This document shows, piece after piece, positions 25,001 through 36,771 of a stretch of DNA of 64,000 bases. How positions within the stretch are numbered: the first letter of the stretch is position 1; each line of letters starts with the position of its first letter. The stretch is from assembly GCA_965112735.1 (NCBI GenBank), contig OZ218953.1, positions 3,472,001-3,536,000 of the forward strand, in the 5' to 3' direction. The notes beneath the pieces were generated by a model. It did not search any database. It worked only from the letters and a program-made list of their open reading frames with translations, and was not told the origin of the DNA. A program made the position numbers and the translations under genes. The stretch is from Phaeosaccion multiseriatum. Taxonomy: Eukaryota > Protista > Ochrophyta, other classes.

Positions 25001-25780
25001 GGTGTGTGGAGTAGACAGAGGGAGAAGGAGCTGGGTGAGGGAGGGGGAGGGGGGGGGAGAGAAGGAGGAGGAGGAGGAGGAGGAGGAGGAGGCGGAGGAG
25101 CAGCAGAGCTGCTCGAAAAGGCCCTCCGGATCTACTCCACCCTGGGCAACAGTCGCCAGGCCGCCGCGACGCACTACCAACTGGGCCTGCTGCATTCCGA
25201 CAGAGCGCGCCGCTCCTGCTCCCTGCGGCTGCTGCCCAAGGTGCGACTGAGTGCCAAGAGCGCTGTGCTGCATCTGGAGGCGGCGGAGGCCTTCTTCGGC
25301 AAGTACGAGCGGGGCTCTACGGCGGTGTTGGTGGGCCTCGCGCAGGCGGATGTGTTCCTGGACTCGGCGGAGGCGCTTGGCGGGGGCGGGGTGGTGGAGG
25401 AGGCAGCCGTCAAGAGCCTGCTTAGGGCCCTCAGCGCAGTGGTGCTATCCCCCGGCCCGGCCTCCACCCCAGCCCCCATGTCGACTGCAGAAACCACCAC
25501 CGCCAGCAGCAACAGCAGCAGTGTGAGCGTGAGTGAGGGCACCCTTCGCCTGCTCGATCGCCTGCGGGGAAGGCTCATGGATGCACTCAAAGCGGCCCTC
25601 AGGGCGGGCAAGCAGAGCGAGCAGAGCGAACAGAGCGTGAAGGGAGGGGGGGGCGGTAGCAGCAGCGCGCCGCTGGGGCGACTCAAGGCTGCGTACAGAG
25701 AGTGCCTGGCGTGTCCTGACACCCCCTCGCTGCCCGCCCTGCAGCATCTAGAGGTGCGCCTCAGAGCCAGCCTTGAATAG
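19044..25780 (+). CDS. EDRF1: Erythroid differentiation-related factor 1 (EDRF1)-like protein, ~5 exons, with many low-complexity insertions
   Basis: FKTLFK|VPY..VVVGFHRVGRTLVVD, LDYYLENVMENIPELALC..GYIQGCRVVRTEDIP and FDPAVVDLNATMLMRFLQENCSREG|TYLLHR match EDRF1 conserved blocks. TPR-like C-terminus (ALLLCNL, AAATHYQLGLL). The first exon is inferred. Confidence 0.85.
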
Positions 25781-26120
25781 AGACTGTACATTGTAAGTGC
25801 TGTACAACTTGTGCATGGGGATTAACGGGTGCGGGGTTTCCTTGCTTTTTGCCTTTACAAATAAAGTCTTCTGTTAAGTTACTATTAATTTTGTAATACA
25901 TGTACAAATGAACCGCTATGACTCTACCCTCCTCCCCTCCTGGGCCTATTAAAGACACAAGAAGTTAACTGAACATGCCTTCCTTGAATGAAGCAGACTC
26001 GTTCAGCACGCGCAGCCCCTCCCTAGCCGTGCCATGTACCCGTATCCCGGCTCGGAAGTCTCCTCCCCCCCCCCCCCCGTCCTCCCCCTTCCTCCCCCTT
26101 CCTGACTCCCCCTCGGCTAC

Positions 26121-29100
26121 TCAGTGGCGAGCGGGGGCGGCGATGCTAGTCATCCAGTCCAGCCCCCCGCCGGCTCCAACATCCCCCCGCTCGACATCGG
26201 CGCTGCCTGCTGGAGCGGCTGCCATTTTGATCCAATCGGGCGCCGCATTGGGGTCATCGTGGACCGACATCCGCCGGACATCCTCCTTGAGCGGGGGCAG
26301 CGCAGCGGGAGCGGCCTCCTCCTTCTTCCCTTTCTTCTTCTTCTTCTTGTCCTTCTTGCTCTTCTTGTCCGCGCTATTAGCCCCGATGGGAGACGTTAGT
26401 CTGTCTCGGACGCGGCTGGTGAAGGAGGGGACTGCATCGGTGCTACTCGGGCCCGTTAGAAGGGCCTTGTCGCCTCCTTCCTTGCCCGCCGCTGCCTTGC
26501 CCCCTATGAGGCGCGGTCGCACGAGGCGAATCTTCGGCAAGTAGTCCGCTAGAGCAGCGCTGCCCCCCTCCGCGGGCGCCTTTCCTCCCGTGAGGTCTGG
26601 CTTTCCGTAGGTGGCGCCTCCGATGCCAACGCCCGTGAGCTGCTCTGGCTGAACCTTGCCACTCGTCCCTTCCTTGCCTCCCTTGAAGCAGCACCTGTAG
26701 GCCAGCGCGAGTACTCCCAGACCCCCCACCACCATGCAAATCTGCACCCACAGCTTGTCGCGCCACCATGTACTGTCCGACTGGGGCAGCTCCATCAGCT
26801 CGATGGCAGGGTCGTAGAAGATGGTGCCGTTGCTGCTCGGTAGGCGCACCACGAAGGCAGACGAGCCTGCCCCTTCCTCCGCCCCACTGGCAGTCGCGTC
26901 CGGCTCCACGAGAGACACCTCCGCCGCTGCCCAGCCTCCCTCCGAGGTGTGGGCCCACTCCGACATTACCACCGTCACGCCGAGCGCACTAGAGGCCATG
27001 TCGAAGGACTGCCCACTGCTAAGGCCACTGCTGTCTGGACTGCTGGCTGTACTGGCTGTGCTGGCGGCGCTGTCTACCGTGGCGGTAAGAGCGGAGGCCC
27101 CCTCCGGCCCGCTGACGAGAGCAGTGACCTCGAGGAAGCCCCCGTCCATTCCGCAGGCCGCAAAGTCGCAGAAGGGCCACCCCTCGACCGTGAGGCCCAG
27201 CTTGAGTGTACCTTCCCCCACGGCGAGGGCCTCCCCTCCCTGACCCTCCCCCTCCGGCCCGTTGCTCACGCTGCCCGCTTCTTGGAAGACGTACATGTCT
27301 AGCACGACCTTTGCCGTTCCTCCGGGCAGCACGGCGGAGGCTGTGAAGTTGCAGTTGACCGCCGCCACCCCTCCCAAGCGCACCGCGTCAGTATCTCCCT
27401 TGGTGAAGTTTAAGGTGGTGAGGTCGATGGTGTGTGCGTCGGCTACGGAGGTGGGTAGCGCTGCCCCCTCCGTGTCGAGCTCTCTCAGGAGGGACACGCT
27501 GAAGGCTACCCCGCCGAGGGACGCGTCTTCGGTGGCGAGGCTGATGACGCCTCCCTCCTCCTCGTAGCTCACCTCGCGGCTGCTGTAGTCGTACACTTTC
27601 ACTAGGAGGGAGGGACGGAGGGACGGAGGGACGGACGGAAGGAGGACCGACGGACCGACGGACCGACGAACAAGAACGCAGCAAGGCAGCGAGGCAACGG
27701 GGAGGAGCAGCGAGGGGGGGGAAGGGTGCTTTGTGTCAGAGCCGATAAAGAGGAGCGGTCCAGGACCGTGGAGCGGAGGAGCGCAGGGCGGGCTTCGTCT
27801 CTTTCTCTCTCTCTTCTCTCTCCCTCTTTGCCCTCCCGCTCTTCTCCCTCTCTCTCCCTACTGCTCTCTCTCTCTTTCCCTCCTTCTCCCTCTCTCGCGT
27901 GCTCCCCGTTCCCCTGCCCAGCCCGGCTGCACGCACTCACCCGCGGACGTGGAAGCTCCTGAGCTTGGATCCTCCTCGTCGTTCTCGTCGTCGTCATTAT
28001 CCCAGAAGTCAGTGGTGGGGAGCGGGCCGGGCGTCGGGGCCGGCGAGCCCCACTCCAAGCCGAGGGAGCCGGAGATGAGGTAGGCAGAGGCGCCGTCTCC
28101 GGACACCCCCGCGCTGTCGTCGAACGATCCCACCACCAAATCTGCATGCATTCAACAGGAAGGAAGGCGCGGAGTGAATCAATTGAGTCGAGGAGGGGAG
28201 ATGGATAGTTGAGCCAGTTTGGGGGGTGCACAGCAGCTGGGGGCAAGTGACGGTGCGGGTGCGGTCAGATGAAAAGAGAGGAAGAGAGTGAGGGAGGGAG
28301 GGAAGGAGGCGGACTTTGCCTGGCCAGAGTATGCCTATGTCGACTTGGTCACCACCCCTCTCCCCCAACCACTTAGGGAAGTGCCTCACCGTCAAAGCCG
28401 TCCCCATCCACGTCCCCCGCCCCGTGAACGCTGTAACCGAAAAAGTGATCTTGCCCCTCCCCGTACAGGGCAAAGCCGTCCGTCCCGTCGAGGTCCTCCG
28501 TCGCCACCTGGGCAGGCAGGCCACACGGAGAGGGGGGGAGAGGTGCAGAGAGGAGCAGAGATGCAGACGAGCAGAGGAGGAGAGGGGAGGAGAGGAGGAA
28601 AGGGGGTGAGGAGAGGAGAGGAGGAGAGGGGAGGAGAGGATCACTCGCGCACGAGAGCGAGGAGAGGGAACATCGCCGGGCAGGCGACATGCCACACGCC
28701 AACACCACACGCCAACGCCGCTCTGATACGCCCGCACACTCCGACGCGGTCCCACGCACGCACGCACGCACATACCTTGGCTATGTTGTCCCTGGTGCCG
28801 AGAACGACGTACACGGCTCCCGTGGCGGTGGCGGTGTGATTTCCGCCCTCCTGCTCGGCCTGCACGGCGCCGATGACGACATCCGCCAGCCCGTCTCCAT
28901 TCACGTCCCCCGCGGGCCCCACGCTCCACCCCGCGTAGTCGGAGGCGTCCGCTCCGGTCACGAGCAGTCCGTTGCGACCGTTGAGGGCCTCTAGAGACAT
29001 GTCTGCCTCTGTGGAATCCGCGTCGTCGCCAAAGATAATGTAGGCCTCCCCCGCGGCCCCATTGGAGTGGCTGCTGGACGCTGGCGTGGCGAGGTGCGCG

Positions 29101-30823
29101 GCCACGACAAAGTCTGCGAGGCCGTCTCCGTTGAAGTCGCCGAGATCGCTCACGGAGAATCCCAGCATGTCGTTGACCTGTGGAGTGGAGGGGAGTGATG
29201 GAGCGCCGTGGGGAGGGGGGTCAGCTCTTGCGTGAGGGTGTGCCGCGTGTGTGGGAAGACGGGTCAAGCGGGAGCAGGGGAGGGTGGGGCGTATGTGCTG
29301 TCTGCGCAGGAGGCAATAGGAGAAGGCGAGGCGTCGCGCTCGCTAATTGCTCCACCCAGCCGCACGCACACACGCGTACCTCCTTTCCGTGAAGGGCGAA
29401 GCCGCGCGTCCCGTCCATGAGGTTGCTAACTTTGAAGGCCCTGCTCCACGAGGAGGCTCCGTACAGCACGTACGCCCGGCCGGAGTCGTCATTGGCGTGA
29501 GGGGCACCGATGATGATGTCGTCGAGGCTGGGCAGTGGGCAGAAGAGGGATGGATGGAAGCCATCAGCAGGGCAGGCAAGATGGGGCGGGGGAGAAGGCA
29601 GGGGCTGAGAGGTGGGAGGCGTGGTGGGGTCTCTTACAGTGGCGCTGTGGCAGCAAGCCCCAGATAGACGATGGACAAGAAGGTCTCTCTCTCTCTCTCT
29701 GGTGCCGTCGGAGCCGTGTCGCCAGCCATGTGTCCGAGCAGAACCCCCCACCCTCCTTCAACCCTCCTGCTCTCTTTGCAAGCAACATCCTTCACTAACC
29801 CTCACTCCAGCAGCTTATGTATTGTGAAGGAAACTAAACAAGGACTCCCCCCTCTCTATGTGTGGCACTTGTTGCGTCCCGCTCACCCTCTGCTATGGCC
29901 GCACCGCACACACGGACTGCTTGCACTTACTCACGCACTCACCCGTCTCCGTTGATGTCACCCCCCGTGCTAACGCTCCACCCCATGTAGTCGTCCCTGG
30001 CCTCGCCTAGGACGAGGAAGCCGTTGTCCCCGTCCAAGGCCTGTGCAGACAGCCCCACTTCTCCTGCGCGGCTGCCGGTGGAGGCCCCGAAGACTACGTA
30101 CACCTCTCCCGCCCGACTGCGCCCGCCGGGGTCTGCCCCATAGGCCCCAATCACCACGTCCCCAAGCCCGTCTCCGTTCACGTCGCCCGCGCCTGCCACT
30201 GAGAAGCCTGCGCTGTCTCCGTTGTCGATGCCCTCCACAATGAGGCCCTGCGCCGCCGTGAGCTCTGTGAGGTTGAGCTGGGGGGCGAAGGAGGCCGCCC
30301 CGTAGACCACGTAGGCTTGTCCGATGCTATCACTGTGCGTTTCGGAGGCGCCAATGACAATGTCCGACAGCCCGTCTCCATTAAAGTCTCCGGCACAGCT
30401 CACAGAGGCGCCTGTGAGGTCTCCGTCATTAATGCCCACCACCCGGAAGCCGTTGCTCCCATCCAGCTCGCCCAACTCCATCGCACCCATCGTGTCGCTG
30501 CCGCCAAACACCACAAAAGCCTGCCCCTTGCTCGATCCTGCTGCCTGAGAAGCGCCCAACAGAATGTCGCTGAAGCCATCCCCGTTCACGTCGCAGGAAC
30601 CCCCCACGGACACACCCAAGCCGTCGGTACTGTGGATCGCAGTGAACGCGAAGGCCCCCACGTCCTCCGACAGAGTAGCGCTGGAGGGATAGTTAAACAA
30701 GCCCTCAGCCCCTCCAATGAACCAGGCACTGGGGGAATGTCCATCCTGTAAGAAAGAAGGCCAGTGAAGGCCCGAGAAAAGCAGCAGGAACGGGGCCAAG
30801 CGCGGCGTTGCTCCTGTGCGCAT
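26121..30823 (-). CDS. Type I membrane protein: FG-GAP (integrin-alpha-like beta-propeller) repeats, acidic linker, beta-rich domain, TM helix and cytoplasmic tail; ~6 exons
   Basis: Signal-like N-terminus. About 7 repeats of G.SV..AGD(V/F)NGDG..D..(I/V)GA. Linker DNDDDENDEED. TM segment LWVQICMVVGGLGVLALAY followed by RCCFK and a Lys-rich tail. Confidence 0.9.
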
Positions 30824-31494
30824 GGTGTCTCACTCTACCCGGTGAGGCCACGTGCAGTGCGCGACAAGAAGATTAGGAGGCGTCTTCACCCTCCATGCGT
30901 TTCAATAAAATATAAAAAGCCTCTGCACAAGGGAGCACCGGGTTAGAAGAGGGCGTTCCCCTTTCCTCCTTTCCTTTCCTCCCTCCGGCTCGTGTTCTCC
31001 TCCACCCCTCTTCCGTCCAAAACTGCCGATCCTCGCTGCCGGGCCACTCAAGCTCTTGCTGTTGCTCTTCCTCCTCCTGTGCTGGGATGGGATGGGATCA
31101 ATAGCCAGCTTAGCTCTTGGAGGGCAAAGAAACGCCCAATTTTTCTGTAACGTTCCAAGTGGAAACTCAAATTATACTTTCTCCTGCCCTTCCCAACTTG
31201 CATTTCCTTCCCCCCTTCTTTTGATTCCTCTTCCGTACAGGGTTTTCCCTAAGTCTAGTCTACCATTGCCTTCTACAGTAATCCATCTGCGTGCCTCTCC
31301 CTGCCTGCCCCCCGACCAGACAGCTGACAGATCGAGAGCGCGAGTCCCTGCCCTGCCGAGCCGCCCAGCTTTGTGCACACGGCAAAAGCCACAGTCCCAA
31401 TGGGCGGGGGCGCGTCTCTGTTGATGTGGCACATACGCCGAGCTGGGGGCATGTGTCCGAGTGGCGCTGCTTTTTCTGCTGCCACTGCTGCCAC

Positions 31495-34231
31495 TCATGC
31501 TGGTACCCCTCCTGCTGCTTCTCCTGCTTCTCCTCCGACTGCTCCTGCTGCTGGCGCTGCTGCTTTTGGTGAGGTAGGCAGGTGCGCATCATCCGCCTCC
31601 TTCGTCTCCTCGCCCCCCTGCCCCCCCCCTGCCTCTAGCTGCTGTATCGCCAACTGCTCCTGGCTGGACAGGGGCATCCCGTCTCCTCCCAGCTTGTCCG
31701 AGAAGTTCGGCAAGCGTGACGGGGGGATGGCGCCGCAGAGGGCCGTGATCCAGTTGCGCAACCAGCCCTTGTCGTAGGGGTTAGGGTCGTCGATGTATAC
31801 ACCGCGCACCTGGGGGGGGGCAGCACGCACGCACACACGCACACACGCACACACGCACACACGGACATACGCAAGCCCCTCCTATCGTCAGATCTGCACG
31901 CTCGACTTGCCTCGGGAGGGTGTAAGGCGGGGAGGGAAGCTTTGGATCCAGCCCCTCTCTTCTCAGCTCTCTTCTGAGAGCAGGGTACCAAGGGCACTTG
32001 CCCAATCGGGTGTTGGGCATTCAGCACGGGGGCATGGGACCCAACTGCACTCACCCGCTCGTTGGTGGTCTGTCCCACCGCCAAGATGAAGGCGTGGTAC
32101 ACGAACAAGCTGTCAGGCCAGGCCAGGCCAAGGCGAGGAGATGCGATGGGGTAGGCATATGGGCAGAGGGCGGGCAGCAGACACACAACAACAGGCTTAG
32201 AAAAGGAGCGCAGCACCAAGCGGGGCCCAGACACAGCACACAGCACGTGCAAGGCACCAGAGGAGGCGCTGTGCGAGGTCAGCGTCCCTACCCGTCCCTC
32301 CTCGTGCCCAGTGCATATGTTAACTCTTACGTAATCATGGCCCATGTCATGAAGGCGGCTGCCAGACCCACGAGCAAGGCGATGGGCTGCTTTGCCACAG
32401 CCACGAGCACCGCAGCGCCCGAGTGGTGGTGTGTGCTTGGAACCTGCAGGGGGGGGCATGCACCAGTGGGAGAGGGGTGCGAGGCGGCGGGGGCGTCACG
32501 GGGTTGCAGGAAGGCAGCGGGTGGTGGGGACGTCCTCTGGAGCCGGCCACGTTCGACTGCCCTGCCCTCCCCTCCCCTCCCCTCCCCTCCCCTCCCCTCC
32601 CCTCCCGCGCACCTGGAGCATCCTCATCTGAGTGGTCCTTACGAGCAGCAGCAAGCACATGCCCGTCGCCAGGGCCGTGTAGAGCAACAACACCACCACG
32701 AAGGCCACGAAGTACCGGTAGTTGCGCGCACCCACGCACCTGCAGAGAGGGGGGGAAAGGGGGAGAGGAGGGGAGGGGCAGGGAGGCGCAGGGGCAGTGT
32801 ACACGCGGGATGGGATTACGCGCACAGCAACGCGACACGAGGGATGACATTCGCAAACGCAGCCAACAGCCGAGCTCAAGTCGAGTACTACAGGGGAAGC
32901 AAGTCGACGCGGAGGGAGGGGGGTTTGTGGCGGAGCTCCATGTATGGGGACGGAAGGGGGTAGAGCAGAGAAAAACGGCACCACCGAACCGAAGAGCCAC
33001 AATCAACAAGTACAAGCACACGCAAGAGGAACTTCGTTGTAGCGCCTTACGTGCCGACCCTGAGGAGGAGGAGGGGGGGGGAGGGGCAGGAAGGAGGGAG
33101 AGCGGGGGAGAGGACGGAGAGGGGCACGGGGTAAGGGGCACACGGCAAGGCAAGACAAGGCAAGGCAAGGCAAGAAATAGACGCCACACTCGAGAACATG
33201 TACCGCCTTCCCCTTCTCGGGCACTGCGCTGACCGGAATTGCCCACAGCCGCCCAATCAATCAACCACGGCTGTCTGACTGCTGACTGGACTGCTCACTG
33301 GCTGCTGACCGACGGCCCACTGACTGCTGACCGACTGACTAACTGCTGCGTTTCCACGGCGTACCATGGGCAGTGGTGGTCGAAGACCTCTACGCAGTTG
33401 TTGCACGAGTGGCAGTGCTTGGACCGTGGGGGGCGGAACAGGTTGCACGTCGGGCCTGGGGAAGAGAGAGAAGGGAGGAGGGTGGAGAGGAGGGAGGAAG
33501 GGGCAGGGACAAGGCAGCAGGGCGTAGACAAAGGGGGGGGGGGGAGGGGGCGAGGAGCGCCAGCGTGAGACGCACCACTCACTCCCGTGCACGCGTAGGG
33601 CATCCGTTCTTTGCTCGCAAGAGGAAAAGAGCGAAGGCTGGGGATGGTCTTTGGGTATACGGGTAAAGGCGTGAGACAGTCATACTCACAGTACTTGTAG
33701 CCGTGTAGTCCCAGGGGCAAACCCGGAGGAGGCTCGGCCTGTACAGCGAGCGCCAGCGGACAAAGGTCGAGAGGAGAGAGCGTGAGGAGGGCGTAGGGGG
33801 GGTCCAGGGTCAGGTGGGGGCGGGGAGAAGGGAGAAGGGGCGAGGGGCGAGGAGCACTGTGACGAGCACACCAATCCCACTGCCTTGCTGACGGACTGAC
33901 CGTCTTTCTGCCTGATTGACCGCCCAACTGACTGACTGACTGACTGCTTGCCTTACTGACTGACTGACCCACTGACCTTCGTGTGGGCGGGGTTGGGCGG
34001 AATGATGCCCGGGTCTGAGAGAGCGCACCGCCACAGCAGCACCATCGCCATACAGCCCAGCACCAGCAGTGCCAAAGTGAAGAGAGTGCGTTCTGACCCC
34101 GTCGGAAGCCGCAGCCCCACCGCAGGCACGAGCAAGAGCAGGCTCCCTGAGACCGGGGGCCGAGGGAGGGCCGAGAGGGAGCGGCGATAGGGAGAGAGAG
34201 AGGAGGCAGACAAGGTAGACAAGGCAGACAT

Positions 34232-34268
<37 letters not shown>

Positions 34269-35625
34269 ACGGTGAGAGGGTTGGGGTTTGCGGCCGGTTG
34301 GCCCCACATGCCAAGCTAAAATATCGAGAGGGGGGGGGCTTGCTTTAGTCTGTTCAGTCACGACAAGGCCCTGCGACAGAGGTACGCAGGCAGACAGGCA
34401 GGCAGACAGACAGGCATGCAGGTAGACACATAGACAGGCATGCAGGTAGACAGATAGACAGGCAGGCCGGCAGGCAGGCAGACAAGCAGACACATGGGCA
34501 GGTACATGGGCAGGCAGCCAGGCGATGGGGCTCTCCTTCGCACCTACGATGAGCGCGTTGGACACGAAGAACATCTTGATGTCCGAGCCGAACATGCACT
34601 TGCCCCCGCAGCAGAAGTAATTGAAGCCCGCCCAGTCCTCGAAACGCAGGTACTCGTCAACGGGCACGAGTACCTCTGCTCTCTGACGGCGCTCCTCCTG
34701 CTGCAGCCGCTGCCATTCGCTGCCCGGAGCTGCTGCTGCTGCTGCTTTAGCTGGTGTCAGGGACGGCTCTTGTTCGTAGTGGGCGTACAGGTTGTAGGCC
34801 CAGCCCTCTTTGCCCCCCGAGCGCACCTGGGAGGAGTGGAGGGTGGAAGAGTAGAACGAAGGGGGGGGGGGGGGGGGCTCGGTCATTAACGGGGTTGCTG
34901 CTGAGTGTCTCGGACGCCGCTGACCCTCTAGGCTCTTCTCGATGAGTTGGACGAGCGATAGATGGGAAGGCCACACAACCAGAGAGAGCCGTCGCCTTGA
35001 GCCTTTGGCCTTAGAGATCTGTGGTCTCCTCTCCAGTTGGGGGGCTGGCTCGAGAGCTCGACTATCGAGGGGGACACGCCAGGCATCGGCTCTATCGGCT
35101 CTCTCTGCCCTCCGCCCTCACCCACCTTGATCCAGTCCCCCTGCCTGGCCACCCCCGTGACGATGCACTTGCGGGAGAGCACCGCCACCACCTCTGCATC
35201 TTCGTAGGGCATGAGCTGCAGCGGCCAGTACTTGGAGCTCGGGGACGGTGTGTACCTGGGAGGGAGGACGTTGAGAATCAGCTTACAGGCTTACTTCCCA
35301 TTGCGTGGCAAATGCACAACAAAGGCAAAACCGAGCTGCCCTCTGACGCCGTCCGAGCTCACCTGAACTTCTTCTTGGGGATGAGGACGATACCCTGAGC
35401 CAAGCCGCTGAGGGCGTTGTCCGACGGATGCGTAGCGATGGTGCTGTCCTTCCAGGCGTCCCCAGACTCAGTGCTCCCATAGAGGGAGAACGCGTCTCGT
35501 GCCAGGGGCTCCGTAGATTGAGTACCGAGACTGCTCACAGCGGGAAGCACTTCGCCAGAACTTTTGCTGTCGCCGTCTTGGTGCATAGGAAGAAGCCCCT
35601 GCCTCTCTCCGTCAGGCGGAGACAT
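31495..35625 (-). CDS. Second ERF2-like DHHC palmitoyltransferase with an N-terminal SH3b-like segment; ~10 exons including a 9-nt microexon
   Basis: [57 protein letters not shown]|VGT|[21 protein letters not shown] and [10 protein letters not shown]. Confidence 0.93.
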
Positions 35626-35893
35626 GCTTGTGCGTGCCAGGTGTCTTTACGATCAACTACTCGTCAGTCATCCAGAAGCGCCCCTAGGAAGGCGGGACCT
35701 CCACGCAGCCTACACATTCTGTGATGCAGTCCAGCAACAGGGATCGTATCTACTTTGCCCGATTTTCCCTTTTATCTTTGGCAATGATCAGGGTCTTCAA
35801 AAAATCCAGGAAAGTTTGCGCTCAAGGGGGTAAAAGTAAAGAAGGGGGGGAGTTCGATATCGGCACAAGAGAACAAAAAGAAGAAAAAAAGGC

Positions 35894-36735
35894 ATGGGGG
35901 TGTCCTTCACGCTGGAGCCGCTGCATGCGTGGCTGGTGTGCGTGGTGTGGGCCGTCGTATACGTTGGCGTGTTGTACCTGGTCCCTCCACGCATCCGAGC
36001 GCTGCCCAGGGGTCACGACAAGCACGTGAGGAGAACACATGGGAATTAGGGGGGAAAAGGCGTTGTCGCAGTGTAGTGTGCCCCTATCGCTCACACCGCT
36101 ATCCTGTCGACTTGCTGCGGCTGCCTGTTTTGCACAGATCATGGCGAGGTTTGGATGCGTTGGAGGCGCCACTGCCTGCGTGTTGGGCTCCCTTTGGGTG
36201 ATGGCCAAGGAGGTGAGGGAGGAAAGTGGGGAGAGAGGAGACATTGCGGGCAGAGGAGACATCGCAATTGTAGGATCAGGCCTTCAGACAGCTCGGGTAG
36301 AGTTCTCCATCTCCCATCGCCTTCCATCGCCCTCCGTAACAAAGAGCAAAATCGTGTTGTCTCTTCGTACGCATGCCCGCCCCTTCGCAGGACCCCTCCT
36401 CGCCTCCGCTGCTCGTGTGGCTGGGCGTACGCTTGCCTGGCTTGCTGCCTGCACTGGTGCTTCCCCTGCTCCTCACCAAACTCCTCTTCATGGGGCCGCT
36501 GCTGGCGCTGTTTCTCATGGCCGGCGTAGAAACCGGTCAGGAGGTGGACGCAGTTGGGGTGGGCAGCCCAAGAAGCGACCAAGGGCGTCCGAGCGCTTCC
36601 TTGGCTGGCGCGCTCGTGCGAGAGGTCGTGGTGAGTGGTGAGGGCTGCGGCAAAGCGGCAAGACCAGCCATGGGGGGGAGAATCCCTGGGGGGGCGCCGG
36701 TCTTTCTCGGGGCATGGCATGCCCTCCCTCGCCGC

Positions 36736-36771
<36 letters not shown>

